64,000 nt of DNA from the NCBI GenBank assembly GCA_012026655.1, contig JAAILG010001427.1, positions 1-64,000 of the forward strand, in the 5' to 3' direction. Position numbers and translations under genes: made by a program. The notes beneath the pieces were generated by a model that worked only from the letters and a program-made list of their open reading frames with translations, was not told the DNA's origin and ran no database searches. This stretch comes from Hydrolagus affinis (Eukaryota). How positions within the stretch are numbered: the stretch's first letter is position 1; each line of letters opens with the position of its first letter. Below are positions 1 through 12,054 of the stretch, one piece after another.

Positions 1-229
1 CTGACTTGCGTTTCTGTTTGCAATACTGTTTTATTAATATTTTGCTTGGGCGATAACATCGCCAACAGCTGCGCAACATTTTGTAACAGAAATTAACACA
101 ATTCATGACTAGTGTGCGCTCTTGTTTTGTGTAAATGGTCAGTAACGTTAGCATAAAACTAGAGAATGATGTTCTGTAAGTCCTTACATTTAGTCCACTT
201 AAGAAAAATGTGTGCCTGCTGCAACCTCT

Positions 230-780
230 CTGCCTCACCTGTGTCCTTTCCCCTTGTGGATTGACTTTATTAACTCCATCCTTACCTTCAAATGCCCTCT
301 TTACCTTGTCCCACCTTACTTTACTCCTCCGGCAATCGTCTCCACTCCACCGACCCTGGCCCGCTCTCTACTCCCACCCGCTCTGCCCCACCAAGGTAGG
401 AGAGCTTTCAGTCCTCCGAAACTCTCTTCCAAACCCATTCTTGTTTTAAAACCCATCTCTTTAAACTGAGCCTTCCACCACTAGCGCTTCCCCCAACTCT
501 CACCTAGCTCAGGATTCTCCCATTTCTATGAAGTGTTTTGAGATGTTCTCTCTCCACCATGCCTTTGATCGCTCTCCCCACCACCTCCATCCCCCCATCC
601 CCCACCCCACCCTCCATGATCTCGATCCCCCCAGCTCGGGTACGAAAAACTGATCGTCCATTGCCTTGGGACATCCTTCTGATGTGATGTGAAAGACACT
701 GTACAAATGTAACTTTGCTGTTGTTGTTGCACGAAAATTGCTGTATAAGTGCAAATTATTGTTGTTGTTGTTGTTGTTAT
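230..780 (+). mobile_element. Degraded L2 LINE 3' fragment with (GTT)n tail(s)
   Basis: ORF2 C-terminal relics (GRRAFS..., LKPISL). Tail ccttgggacatccttctgatgtg...aaagacactgtacaaatgtaactttgctgttgttgtt at ~655-730, and a second GTT tail at ~740-780. Confidence 0.7.
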
Positions 781-3700
781 CTCTAGCAGGTGTAGTGACT
801 GACACAGTCGGAATATTTAGGTTGTAACAGACCAATACCGAGTACAGTATCTCTCATGTTATCTCACACCCAGTACCCAAACAATCACACAGCAATAGGC
901 ATTACAAAAGCCCCAGTTCCTGTCCATAATCAAAATTTGGAGGCTGTTTTCTCTCTTTTTTTATAAAAAAAAGTAAGACTTTTAATCAAATTGAATGTCT
1001 TACATTGTTAACAATTGAACCAGAATATTGGCCGTTCCACAATCAGTGTCAGACTAAGAAATGCCCCCTCCTTGGAAGAAAACAAACCTGGTTATAAATT
1101 TGACAACGGGATTAAGGTACAAACTCGGAAGTCAAAACATCTGCGCGCGGCAATTTGATTTGGGTTTCCATTACTTGCCAGAGCTGAAATAAGAGTTTAT
1201 TGTGAGTTTGGGTTGAATGTTCAGTTCTGCCATCAGACTCTTTTTGTTTTGGGAGCTGCGCCACGTATGATTTTTCAATGCTAAGTCATTACTTTATTTG
1301 ATGCTCAAGAGAGGTGTCTGGAGACAATGTCTGGCCGGCTTTGGTGCGAGTGCGGTTAAGAGGTTGGGGGCCCTGTTACTTTGGGGTTTCTCTTTGGTGA
1401 TGAGTTGTTGAGTTGTACGTTAAAGGCAGGCCATCTGGGCCTGGGCGTGAGTGAAAGCACCTCCCCCAAGAGTGTGGGCTAGAAAGCTGGAGATGTCATC
1501 TGCAGATGCAGAAGTCTAGCTGTCTCCCCGCCTTATCATTTGGGTAACAGTGCACAGCCCCAAGACATCGAGCAGAGGTGGACTGAGTCAGAATTGGAGG
1601 ACAGAGGGTTGTGGGGGAGGGGGTGGGGACGGGCGGGGGGGTGGGGGGGAACCCAGCTTGTTTTAAAAACAAAGGCGAACTAAAAAACTACAATCAGTCA
1701 CATTTTTTAAAAAGTATTTTTTTTTCTGTAGCAGATATGCAACAGATTCAAGCAGTCTGTTGACGAGAACCAAGTACTGCAGTTGCAGATGAACTATTCC
1801 AGTTTCACAAACAGCTGACGTTTTACACGCAGCTGGGTAAGTCCAGGCATGGAAAGAGTTAAAAACACACTAGTGGTTGTATCGAAGCCATCTCCTTTAA
1901 TTAGGGGTTGTTAAAAGTTTAACTAGTCGCACTAAAGTATATGAGAGTCTGTGAATTCCGACTGCAGATGCCTGACTCCCACTTGCAACACCCGAAAAAA
2001 AAGCCACTCCCACTGTGACAGCTGTACAGTAAACATCTGCGCCCTGTACAATGGCTGTTCTGAGAATCCATGAAAACACCATCTCTACAGTCAAACAATG
2101 GAGAGGAAACTCCTTTAAAACTGCAATATCGTCAAAAATCCTACGCAGGGCGTAGATTTAAACACAAGCTGTAGACGTGATAAGCGTTCGTCTTGCACAA
2201 AGCTTTTAGATTTAGCTTTAGGAGGAGAATTTCGTTGTTCCCAGTTTTAATTTCATCCTCCACAAATTACCAGTGAATTCTGGCACTGGGAATGCCTGGA
2301 AATTATATGTGCACACGTTAACACGCCTTGTACGTGGTGATATGAGGGGACCGGGACACAATGATGATAAGTGTTTGACTTCCTTTCAGTCTGAGCTTTT
2401 TGGTGAAGCTTTTTACAGGCGGTGATCAATTGGAAGACAAAACACGCTCTCTGTTAAAGCAAAATGCGTGCGTAGATTCGAGCTGGTGCAGTAACGCAGA
2501 GCTGCTCAATCATCATAAGCACGTCAGGTGGAGTTGACAGTAGTTGGTTGAGAGGAAGGGAGGGGTGGGGGGGGGGGAGTGATGTGAGGGTGACGGGGGT
2601 TGGGGGAGGGGGTTGATGTGAATCAGGGCAGCTGGCTGATTTATGTAACGGAAAACTCCACCCAGGTCATACTCCCAAAGTGGGAAGCTTGCCAGCGCAA
2701 TTCAATTTGTCTTGTTTTCTTCAATGATTGGAATGCAATTTGTTTCTAATAAAAGTTATTTGTGTGTCAGTAAGTGTGTAGAAGGCCTGCGTTGCCGCTG
2801 GGTGGAACGCATCGTATTTTCAAGTTGCAATCAGGAGGCCGCAGGGTTTATTATTTTCACCGGATCTTTGTTCCTAAGCAGTGACGTCTCGCGCGGGTGT
2901 CTGTGTGTGTGTGTGTGAGAGAGAAAGAGAGAGAGAGAGACCATCCTCGCTGAAATGTTCATGTGAAATAACTGCCCAAAAGTGCCTATCTAACATGGCT
3001 CTTAATACAGCGGGTGTAGTTTGGGAATGAGTATTGAATTGGATCAAATCACCTATAATCCCTCACAGCTAATAAAATAAATTCAATGCCACCAAAATCT
3101 TAAAAAGAGTTTTTGGAGAGACTTAGAAACAATCTGCCTCAGACCACGTCCTGAGTAGCAGGTCACATATCGAGCTACTTTATAGCAAAGTTATTATATT
3201 CATGTGGAAATGTTATTTTGCAAGGATAATTATTATTATTATTGCTGTGGCAACATTTGTCTGTAAGTATTTACAGGTAATCCTTCATTGATAGTAATAA
3301 TAATCCATGCATTGGACATAGCCCTTATCTAAGATAATTCTACATGAAACAGGTGTATTTTGTGTAATATATTGGTGTCATATTAATGTGACCGTGCGTA
3401 TTTTGTGGGTGAGTTTTCTACAGTAATTAAAAACAAAATAATAATGAATAAATGTAACTCAGGTTTCCTTGCTCATCACTTTCAGGTTCGTTTTTTTTGA
3501 AAGGGCAACTACAGCTTTAAAATTGAGGAGGAAATTCTCCAATACACAAGTATGCACAGTTCTGCCAAGACCATTCTCCAGCGCTCACTGGCAGCCACTA
3601 ACACACCAGAGAACAATGACTTCTGTATTCAGACTGGGAGAATGCGAGAGAGAACAAGTCTGCATATAAAAAAAATCATTTTTAATAGTAACAGCTGTCC

Positions 3701-4620
3701 CTGGAGCTGTGACCCTCACAACATCAGAACACTGAAGCCCATTCAAGGAGTGACAAAATAAGCACTGATGCAGCTGTGTGAGGGAACTCATTTACAGTTC
3801 AGGCAGATTAATGCACATGCCCTGAATAGGAGACAAGAATTCTGATTTACGGAAGCCAGAGATTAACTCTTGGAGGTCAGAATAATTCTGGTGCGGAATG
3901 AGTCATTTGCGTTATTTTTTCTGAGCAGATCCTCAAGGCATAAATTAAGGGGTTAATTCCAATCACTGGAGTTGCGCCTTTGTTAAGTCGCAAGGGCAAT
4001 TTCCAATTTCCAATTCAGAACACAAAAAAAAATGAATAACAGCTCTGTACATTCTCTCCTCTTCTGTTGCACAACATTAAAATTTCCAGTGGTGTAACAG
4101 CCATCGAAGGGATTTTGCTGATATTGTGCTAATAATGCATGTTGATTTTTGAAAGCCATTCAGAACTCGCAACAGGTTAATCCTGTGATTAATGTTCTGT
4201 TCGTTCCGGCTTTCAACGCTGCACCTTTCTTTTATACATCAGCAAAATGTGTCCTTGGCACATGGTTCTGGCACCCAGGAATTTTGAATGTTACAGTGCA
4301 GTGGAATCACCATCTCATAACAAAGCCCGCAGTTCAGTAAGGCAGATTCCTCTACACAATACAGCGCGGGCTGCGTTCTCAAACAGAACCGGTGACATTG
4401 ACTTTCCATGCGCAAAGTACTGCGAGAGGGGAATCGAAGGGGGAAAGAATAATTTTGGTCTTCTCGGTGACAATGTGAGTGAATCATGCCCTAAAACAGA
4501 ATACTTGCGACAGAACTTGCAATGTCACTCAAAGGAATTTTTCACGGCACAACTGGTTTGCTACCTTTCGTACAGGTTCCCGTCATTTTATGTCCACTCT
4601 GTTTTGCTAATACTGTATTG

Positions 4621-4760
4621 TAATAATATAATAAATCCTCGCGTTTGATACAGGGCCCCATCAAAACTTAACACAACAGCCAATTGCGCACAGCGGTGTC
4701 CCACAGACAGCCGTGGATTGGAGCGATCAATTTATTATTCTTGTTGAAATAATCATTTAG
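4621..4760 (-). mobile_element. SINE 3' fragment (Deu/L2-type tail, internally deleted)
   Basis: Reverse complement of the SINE body tccacggctgtctgtgggacaccgctgtgcgcaattggctg plus the terminal tatcaaacgcgaggatttat. Confidence 0.7.
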
Positions 4761-4907
4761 CATATCAAAAACACTAATGTGATCACTGCAATGACAACGC
4801 AATGCTTTGTTTTAAATGTATGTGAAGAGAGATTTCATACTGTTACGATACCTGTTGACGACATACTTGCACTGCCCCGCTTTCTCGCTTGAAAGTCACA
4901 AGGACAC

Positions 4908-5757
4908 AAAAAACAACAACAATTTAAACTTATAAAGCGCCTTTCTCGTCGGGAGGACGTCCCAAGGCGCTGCACAGGAGGCGTGTGACCCGAGCTGGGA
5001 GGGGAGTGTTCGGGAAGGGGTGAAACACGTAGGGGAGGTCGAAAAATTCGGGGGGGAACAAAAGGCACGGTCAAAGAGGAAAGTCTTCAAACCGGCCTTG
5101 AAAGAGGAAAGGGAAGAAACAAAACGGAGGGATTGGGGGATGCAATTCCATAGGGTGGGAGCGGAGAAACTGAAGGCCCGGCCTCCGATGGTGGGGCGGT
5201 TCGGGCGGGGGGCTTGGAGCAGGCCAAGTCCTGCTGAACGGAGGGTCCGGGTGGGCTTGTAGGGGGAGAGTAAATCGGTTAAATAGGGCGGGGTAAGGCC
5301 GTGTAAGGCCTTGAAGGTGAGGACGAGGATCTTGAACTCGATCCTCTGGAGGACGGGGAGCCAGTGGAGACGGGCGAGGGTGGGGGGTTATGTGGTCACG
5401 GAGGTGGGTGAGGGCTGCAGAGTTTTGGATGACCTGCAGTCTGTGAATGGAGGAGCTGGGGAGGCCGATGAGGAGAGTGTTACCGTAGTCCAGCCGTGAG
5501 GTGATGTACGCGATGTGCGGAGACGTTGGCTTCAGCCAATCAGGAGGGCCTCGGTCTTGCTCACGTTCAATTGGAGGAAGTTGTCCCTCGTCCAGGACTC
5601 AATGTCGGACAGACATGCTGTCAGAACATCGATGGTCTGGGGGTGTTGAGGGTTGAGGCAGAAAGGTACAGTTGGGTGTCGCCCGCATACATGTGGAAAT
5701 TTACCCCATATTTGCGGATGACATCGCCCAGAGGGAGCGTGTAAATGGTGAAAAGGA
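4908..5757 (-). mobile_element. 5'-truncated L2 (LINE2) element: RT/ORF2 C-terminal pseudogene plus 3' UTR and (GTT)n tail
   Basis: Minus-strand frames give [31 protein letters not shown] (YADD degenerated to YAGD), CLSDIESWTRDNFLQLNVSKTEALLIG, ITSRLDYGN, LHWLPVLQRIEFKILVLTFKALHGLTPPYL, GGRAFSFSAPTLWN and FKAGLKTFLFDRAF. It carries frameshifts, a stop and an internal deletion near 5513. Confidence 0.93.
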
Positions 5758-5959
5758 AACCTCTTCACGGTGTGCTCGAGACAGGATAGTTGTTGGTCTG
5801 TGATTTATTTTTCTTTAGCTGTTTCGATGGGACATTGCCCTGCACAAGGTGGCAACATTTCCTGAAGCATTTCATTTGATTTGAAATCTTTCAGTAAATT
5901 GTTCCTTTAAGAGTCCCTGGAATATCCATTCACTTTTTTTTATATTAAAAAATGCCGAT

Positions 5960-6279
5960 GTGGAGTCTTTGTAGCTCAGTGGTTAGAGCACTCGCCTTGC
6001 AAGTGAGAGACCTGGGTTTGATTCCAGGCAGGGCGAAATGTTGGGCAAGTTTACTTACTCCACACGCCTAATAATAATCCCTCCAAAAACAGAACACAAT
6101 AACAAAGTTGGTTATTTTAATCCACGACTGTTTGTGGGGACGCTGCTGTACGCAATTTGCTGCCGTGTTTCGCCCACAAATATACAGTCAATTCACTTTA
6201 CAATATATTCTGTGAAGCGCTTTGAGATGCCTAGCAGATGTGAAAAGCGCTATATCAAATGCAAGGATTACTATTATTA
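5960..6279 (+). mobile_element. Full-length tRNA-derived SINE (family A, short body), (ATT)n tail
   Basis: Head GTGGAGTCTTTGTAGCTCAGTGGTTAGAGCACTCGCCTTGCAAG with A box and degenerate B box GGTTTGATTCC. CORE-like TTGGGCAAGTTTACTTACTCCACAC. Tail TGTGAAGCGCTTTGAG...AAAAGCGCTATATCAAATGCAAGGATTA. At least ten related copies lie in the window. Confidence 0.92.
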
Positions 6280-6554
6280 ATAGAAATCTGCTAAATAATT
6301 GTTTTTTAAAAGGTATATTTCTCCAACTTGGAATGTATTTGTTATAGTGTAGCCTTCTAACTATGGATCTTTGCTGCTGCAGTAATGTGTGGCACCATTT
6401 ACTGTATATACATATCAGGCAGTATGAATAGCCACTGACCCAGGCACTGCAAACAGAATGTATCAGACGAATTCTCACTGTGCCCTTTTTCTTTAAATAG
6501 GAAATAAATAAATAAAAGGGGGAGGATACTAATTCAATCATCCTGTGATTTTGT

Positions 6555-6850
6555 TCTTTTATTTAAGGATATAGCACTTTTATCATGTGGTTGAGACGTC
6601 TCAAAAGTGGCCCACTTCCAGCAGGGGTCTCTAGTTTGTCATTGAGAGAAGGAACCCTGGCATTTTCTCCTCTGAAACCCAGGGAACATCAAGGCCAATT
6701 GTGGCAGCTCCCCTCTCCTCCCACCCCCACCCGCCCACACTGCCCTGACTGAGTCAAGTTTTCAGCAGAGACCGTGATTGAAACCTAACCCCCCCCCTCC
6801 CTCCATCTGGGCTGTGTGGCCCAGTGCAACATCAACCAGGTCGAGCTGCA
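6555..6850 (-). mobile_element. Old tRNA-headed SINE (family C), degraded
   Basis: Motifs cagcaggggtc, ggaaccctgg, aggccaattgtggc and cagagaccgtgattgaaacct resemble a recalled shark SINE consensus and the copies at 37962-38090 and 58180-58470. An L2-type tail relic lies at ~6560-6610. Confidence 0.6.
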
Positions 6851-7804
6851 AAACTGGGCGTTAATGCAGACTTAAGCAACAAAGCCCGTAAACCGGGCAA
6901 TTTTATGTGAACCAAATGTTTGACTATGTTACAGCCTTTAGTGCTGTTCTGTCTTGGCCAAATTGAGTGCAGGGTAAACAAATGAGAGACTTCGTGTTTG
7001 TCCTTCGCCCTGGCTCTCCTGTGTTTGGCAGCGTACACTACACGGTGGTCCATTATTGGTTAATGTGCTTTTCTTCCGGAAAATCAGACGGATGGAAGAA
7101 TTTAGTTAAGAATTTTTGACTCACAAAAACGAAGTTGCCAGCAATAACTGTAATGTGCCAGAGATCTTTACACGTCCCCAGACACGTCTCAAAAAAAAGG
7201 ATTCCCTTCTGAAGAAGAAGAAAAAAAATTCTCATCGCAGAAGTTCCAGGAATGAAGTCAGGCAGGAACGCCACAGTTATTTTTCCTTCTAAAATGATGT
7301 TGAAAGTTGTTAAAAGTGTCTGAGCTGTCCAAATATATCGCAAGAGAGAAAAAAAAAATCCTCTTTTCCCCAGGTGGAAGAAACTTTTTAGTTTATGGGA
7401 AAGATTGTTATTTTCATTACTCGGCTGAAGAATTATTAATTCGAGGAAATAGTGCTGCGTAATACCTCTCGGTTATTGCTCGGTTGTCTCAGCTGCTTTC
7501 GATGCTCTGCAGCAATCCTTAGCTTACTTATCAAGCTCACATTCCTTAAAGGACTTCACACCCATTAAAGCCGTTGAATAAACAACGCACGTCACCGGTC
7601 AGAGAGTGTGTTAGCAGTGTGCTTTCATTGGGAACACCAATAACTCGTGTTATTTCAATTATTTCCCAATTTGGGGTCTAGTTTTCAGTGTTTTTTTTCA
7701 ATCGGATTTCTCGCTGAGTCTCGCGAATGGCTACCCCATTCTGGGAACCAGTAATACGTCAAGCCAGCCTGCGGAGGACTCTGCTCCGATGAGATAATAA
7801 TGTA

Positions 7805-7892
7805 TAATAATAAAATCTTGTGTTTGACATAGTTCCCCATCACATCCTCGAGACGTCTCAAAGTGCTTCACAGAATACACAGCCAAGTGAAT
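7805..7892 (-). mobile_element. SINE family A 3' tail fragment
   Basis: gagacgtctcaaagtgcttcacagaatacac is the reverse complement of the family tail. Confidence 0.7.
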
Positions 7893-8029
7893 TTGGGTGA
7901 AACCACAAAGTCTATGTAACTATGTCTAGAGCGGAGTTGACTAGGAATTCTGATGGAAATTCCTCATTGAGGAATGAGTTAACAAAGTGGAACCGTTTGT
8001 CTTTAAAAAGGTCATTTTGATATGAAACA

Positions 8030-8390
8030 CATTTATGTGTCATCTCCAACCTCGATTTGTTCCAACTTAATCTCCAATGCTGGTCTCCTCAGCTCCACTA
8101 TAAACAAGCTGGAAATGATACAAAGCTCTACCACCCATATCCTCACACATACCAGGCTACCAAACCCATCACTCCATTTTTTTTTGGTTAAGCTCCACTG
8201 GTTCCCTGTTGCAGAACAAATCAAATTCAAGATCCTTACTGTCATTTTCAAATCGCTTCCTGGCACCTCCCTATCTCTCCAATCTGCTCACACTCAACTC
8301 AACTACCTGCAGCCGTCACTAAACTGGCACAGGTCTTCTGCATATATCGCATTCTCTACATTTTACTATTGACAATCACGCTTTCGAGAC
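8030..8390 (+). mobile_element. Old L2 ORF2 C-terminal fragment
   Basis: The peptide GLLSSTINKLEMIQSSTTHILTHTR...KLHWFPVAEQIKFKILTVIFKSL matches the L2 motif LHWLPV..RI.FKIL. Confidence 0.85.
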
Positions 8391-8530
8391 ACTAGGCCAG
8401 GAATCAGCCTAGTCTGTGAGCTCAACTCGTAGCATCAACCTTGAGTTTAACAAACTAAATAGTTGGCTGGCTGTAAGGATTCTTTTTTTTAGCATAAAAT
8501 CAATGACTTCCTGGTCAGAAACACAATACA

Positions 8531-8966
8531 AACAAACAAAACAACTTGCACTTATATAGTGCCCACCACGCCAGACGGCGTCTCAGAGCGCTTCATAATA
8601 GTGGAGCCCGAGGCCAAGCCAGAGGAAGGTGATCATAAACGCAGTCAAACGCGGTCTTCAAGCGCAACCTGAAGATGGAAAAGGAGGGGGTGAGGCAAAG
8701 GGATTGAGGGAGGAAGTTACAGAGTTTTGAGGCATAGTGACTGAAAGCACGGCCGCCAATGGTGGATTGGGAGACTTGAGGGAGAAGAAGGAGGCTAGGC
8801 TCAGTAGAGCGGAGGCAGTGGGTACTACTGTGAGGAGAGAGGAGGTTAGAAAGGTAGGGGGGTGCAGAAGAGTGGAGGTTATTTAAACATAAGTGTGGAT
8901 CTTGGAAGTCGACCCGCTCTGTGACAGGGAGCCAGTGAAGTCTGGCGAGGACCGGGGTAATCGGGG
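8531..8966 (-). mobile_element. L2 3' fragment with tail
   Basis: Minus strand gives ITPVLARLHWLPVTERVDF..., IGGRAFSHYASKLCNFLP..., and the tail gaagcgctctgagacgcc...gcactatataagtgcaagttgttttgttt. Confidence 0.85.
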
Positions 8967-11900
8967 AGCAAAGTTTGGTTCAACTTGTGAGAGTTATCCA
9001 TCCTATAAATATGCTTTACAATGTTTTCAGTTGTTGTGCTCCTTTATAAAGTTCACTTCAGCTGACATCAATTGCCTTCACCTTCTTTCCATCCATGCAG
9101 CTCTACATCAAACTCCCATTAGGATGACCTTTATTCCGCTCCAGATTTTGTTCAGGGCAGAGTTGACCTTCCTTCTTCTACTCGATTGCTCGTGGTATTG
9201 GAAGTAGCTTCAGGGTGGGACTTGGGACTCATCTGGTCTGACATCTGTATTATACCCATCTCGCCCAATGAATTTCAAGCCTTTGCATGGCATGTTTGCT
9301 TGAATTATGCCAAGAAGTCAATTGAGATGGAAGTAGTTAGCAGTCAGGAATGCTGACTCACATCGAGTCTGCGTAAGAAGCAACATGTTATTCTTTCCAA
9401 TTAAGTTTAGTCCTTTACTTTGTGACTGTGGTTGTGGATATGTATGGCATTCCCATTAATAAGGGCAGACAGAAGAATCAAGCTTCCCTGCTATTTTACC
9501 CCCAATTTTCTCTTGTCTAACCCCAAAAGTAAAACAACACTTTACCTCTTAGTTAGTAAATAAGGGTTTAGGAATCGGAAAACACAGATTTAAACCTCGT
9601 TTTATACATGCTGTTGGGGCTATGGCTTAAAAATTAGCTATATAATATGTAGTTTTAGTGCCTGCACATAGTTATTTACACATGGGCACCTTAGAAGGGT
9701 GGGGTCAAGTACACATTGAGCCAGCTCAAGATTAACTGCTTCTCCAAAGAAAGGTTATACATTTTTTTCCAGCCCCAGCAAATCCATTGATTTGATGAAA
9801 GGATAATTAAAGGGCATAATTAGGAACGTGGTCACCGATTATGCCTCCAATTGTGTGTGAATTTTTTTTAAAAAAAGGATGATGAAAACAAGCTCTTGAT
9901 ATTGATAATTATATCAGAAAGGTGCCACAGCAGAACGTTTATAGTTTTTCCTACCCTTGAATCTCCATAATTCCGTACGAGACAGACAAATTTGGTATGG
10001 GATGTGGAGAGGGCGGGGAAAGGGAGAAATGTAAGACGCGATTTGATGATTATAACTGGTACTAATTATTCCTGGTGATATTCAGTTAACAACAAGCTTG
10101 TCATTTACCTGGCTGAGGGCTACTTGAAGAATATATTTTTTAAAAATACAGCAACAAAATAACCCAAGTTAAATTGTGTTTGGCAATGAGCAGAACCGGG
10201 GAACTCAGCCAAAGACTCCAAGGTCAGAGACGTTTTGTAAAACCCCAATCGAAACTGTGGAATTATTTTATTGTGACTGCCCGAGCCTTTTAAATGGAAG
10301 AAAAAATATTCTCCATTCTTCGGAATGCCATTTCCATCTAAACGTCTAGTCTGAGGTGACGCTGGTAAAACCGGGGTAGTTGTTTTGATGGTACCCAATG
10401 AGGTAAGGATAGCTCAGTGGGAATCGCTAAAGCAATTCCTGTTATGGTTACAACCAGACTTGAATCTTCTGTACAGTACAGTATTCGTGAAAGTTTTGTG
10501 AAACATGTCACAATTTACAGTAATATTCATTCATATCACGTTGACTTAAAGTAAGCACAAACATTCAAGCTCTTTTCTCATAGGCCTGTTGATGTTTTCA
10601 GGGACAGTATCAAATGACTTAGAACCTTAGAGATGTACAGTACAGCGCTGGGTTAATTTCTCTCAGGGCAGCATCTGAACGGGGTTTAGAATCAAGACTG
10701 TTTATGCCCTTCTGATTCAAAAACCCACTGCAGTCCAGCTGGCTTTACACTGGCACCAGGTGGAGGGAGTTTTACTCAAGAATAAAGAGCTAGGCACAAT
10801 TTACATTGGCAAGTTTAATACACAACAGCTGCAGACACAGAACAAAAGTAAATTTGCAGTTGCACTGTAAACAGGGACCCAAGTCTTTCATGTGGAATTA
10901 GTTAAAAGCCGAGAACAGCACTCGGGGAAAAAAAAAGGAACATGTGCGATACAACGATTTCAAGTTGCGGCAGGAGTTTGTGATAGAATGCAGGTTTCGA
11001 GGGACTTTGCCCGCCTTGCACAAACAAGAGTCCGATCTCATGTCCCGAACGAAGTTGGGAGGAATTGGGTTTGGATCTTGATTTGCAAAATAATGGCAAA
11101 CCGAATACGGCCGTGTTTAATGCTACAGCGGGCAGAGTCGCTGAGCAAAATGCCTATTTTACCGTTGAACTATCTGAATCAAGCTCTTCCGTTAAGACGC
11201 AAACATGCACAGACACCACAAACAACAGATTTGAACGTGGGGTTCCTGATACCTGACGGTAATGAAATCAACCTGTCTGATCACTTCTCTGCTTTTCGCT
11301 CTTCATTTCCGAGAATTACAGATTACAAGGCTGGACGTTTTCTGTATAGTTGGTTTGCCCGCTAATAGAGCTTGTCCTCTTGATGTAATGTATTGTGTGT
11401 TTTTTTTTGGTAAGGAAAATATCAGGGTATTTATCCCAATCACGTTAGAAATGAACCTGTGTTACACGAACGGGGTTAGAATTGGCGCTCCGCTGTACTG
11501 ACCACCTGAATGTACCAATACATCAGAGCCCCGTCATCAGAGCTAACTATTGATTCGAACCACATTCAAAACCTACAGCCTCTGCTCCGCACACTGGTGC
11601 TTTTCTGATCCACTCTGCTCTGTTGGCTGAGCGAGAAGACCGGGTGAAAAAAAAACACCCAGCAGCGATGAAGAGAACATTTCAGCTTATAATCTTTACA
11701 AGACCGAGGCAGGTTCTCATTTACTGAAATCACAGTAAACTCTGCCAAGTGCCAAACCCCGACAGAAAAAGTCCCTTTCACCAAGAGCTGGGGGCATTCT
11801 GATGGAAAAATGGTGACTGAAATCTTAGCCTCGCTCCCCATTGTCTCCTCACAATGAGCCCATTTGAGACAAGACGGGAGTTACAAAATGAAAATAACCT

Positions 11901-12054
11901 TTTCAAGACTGAACTTTCCATACGAAAATAGTCTCCCATCAAATCCAAAAAGGCTTGAGTTAACCCCATCAGGACCAAAATAGTCAAGCGAGATCACGTG
12001 ACTTCTGGTATTTATTTATTGTGCCCCTTTTAAGATCTCCTCCAACAAAACATT

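Noticed and set aside
4908-5757. Active reverse transcriptase or retron-like system
   Set aside because: It is a truncated, frameshifted L2 with the catalytic YADD changed to YAGD and an internal deletion.
5960-6035. tRNA-Ala/Val-like genes (also at 12055, 22965, 28112, 30030, 55133 and 60256)
   Set aside because: These have D-arm, anticodon-arm and T-arm similarity but no closing acceptor stem. The anticodon varies (TGC/TAC/CAC) and each continues into a SINE body, so they are SINE heads.
10892-11365. 157-aa ORF
   Set aside because: Non-ATG start, no recognisable homology and no convincing splice boundaries, consistent with a chance ORF.
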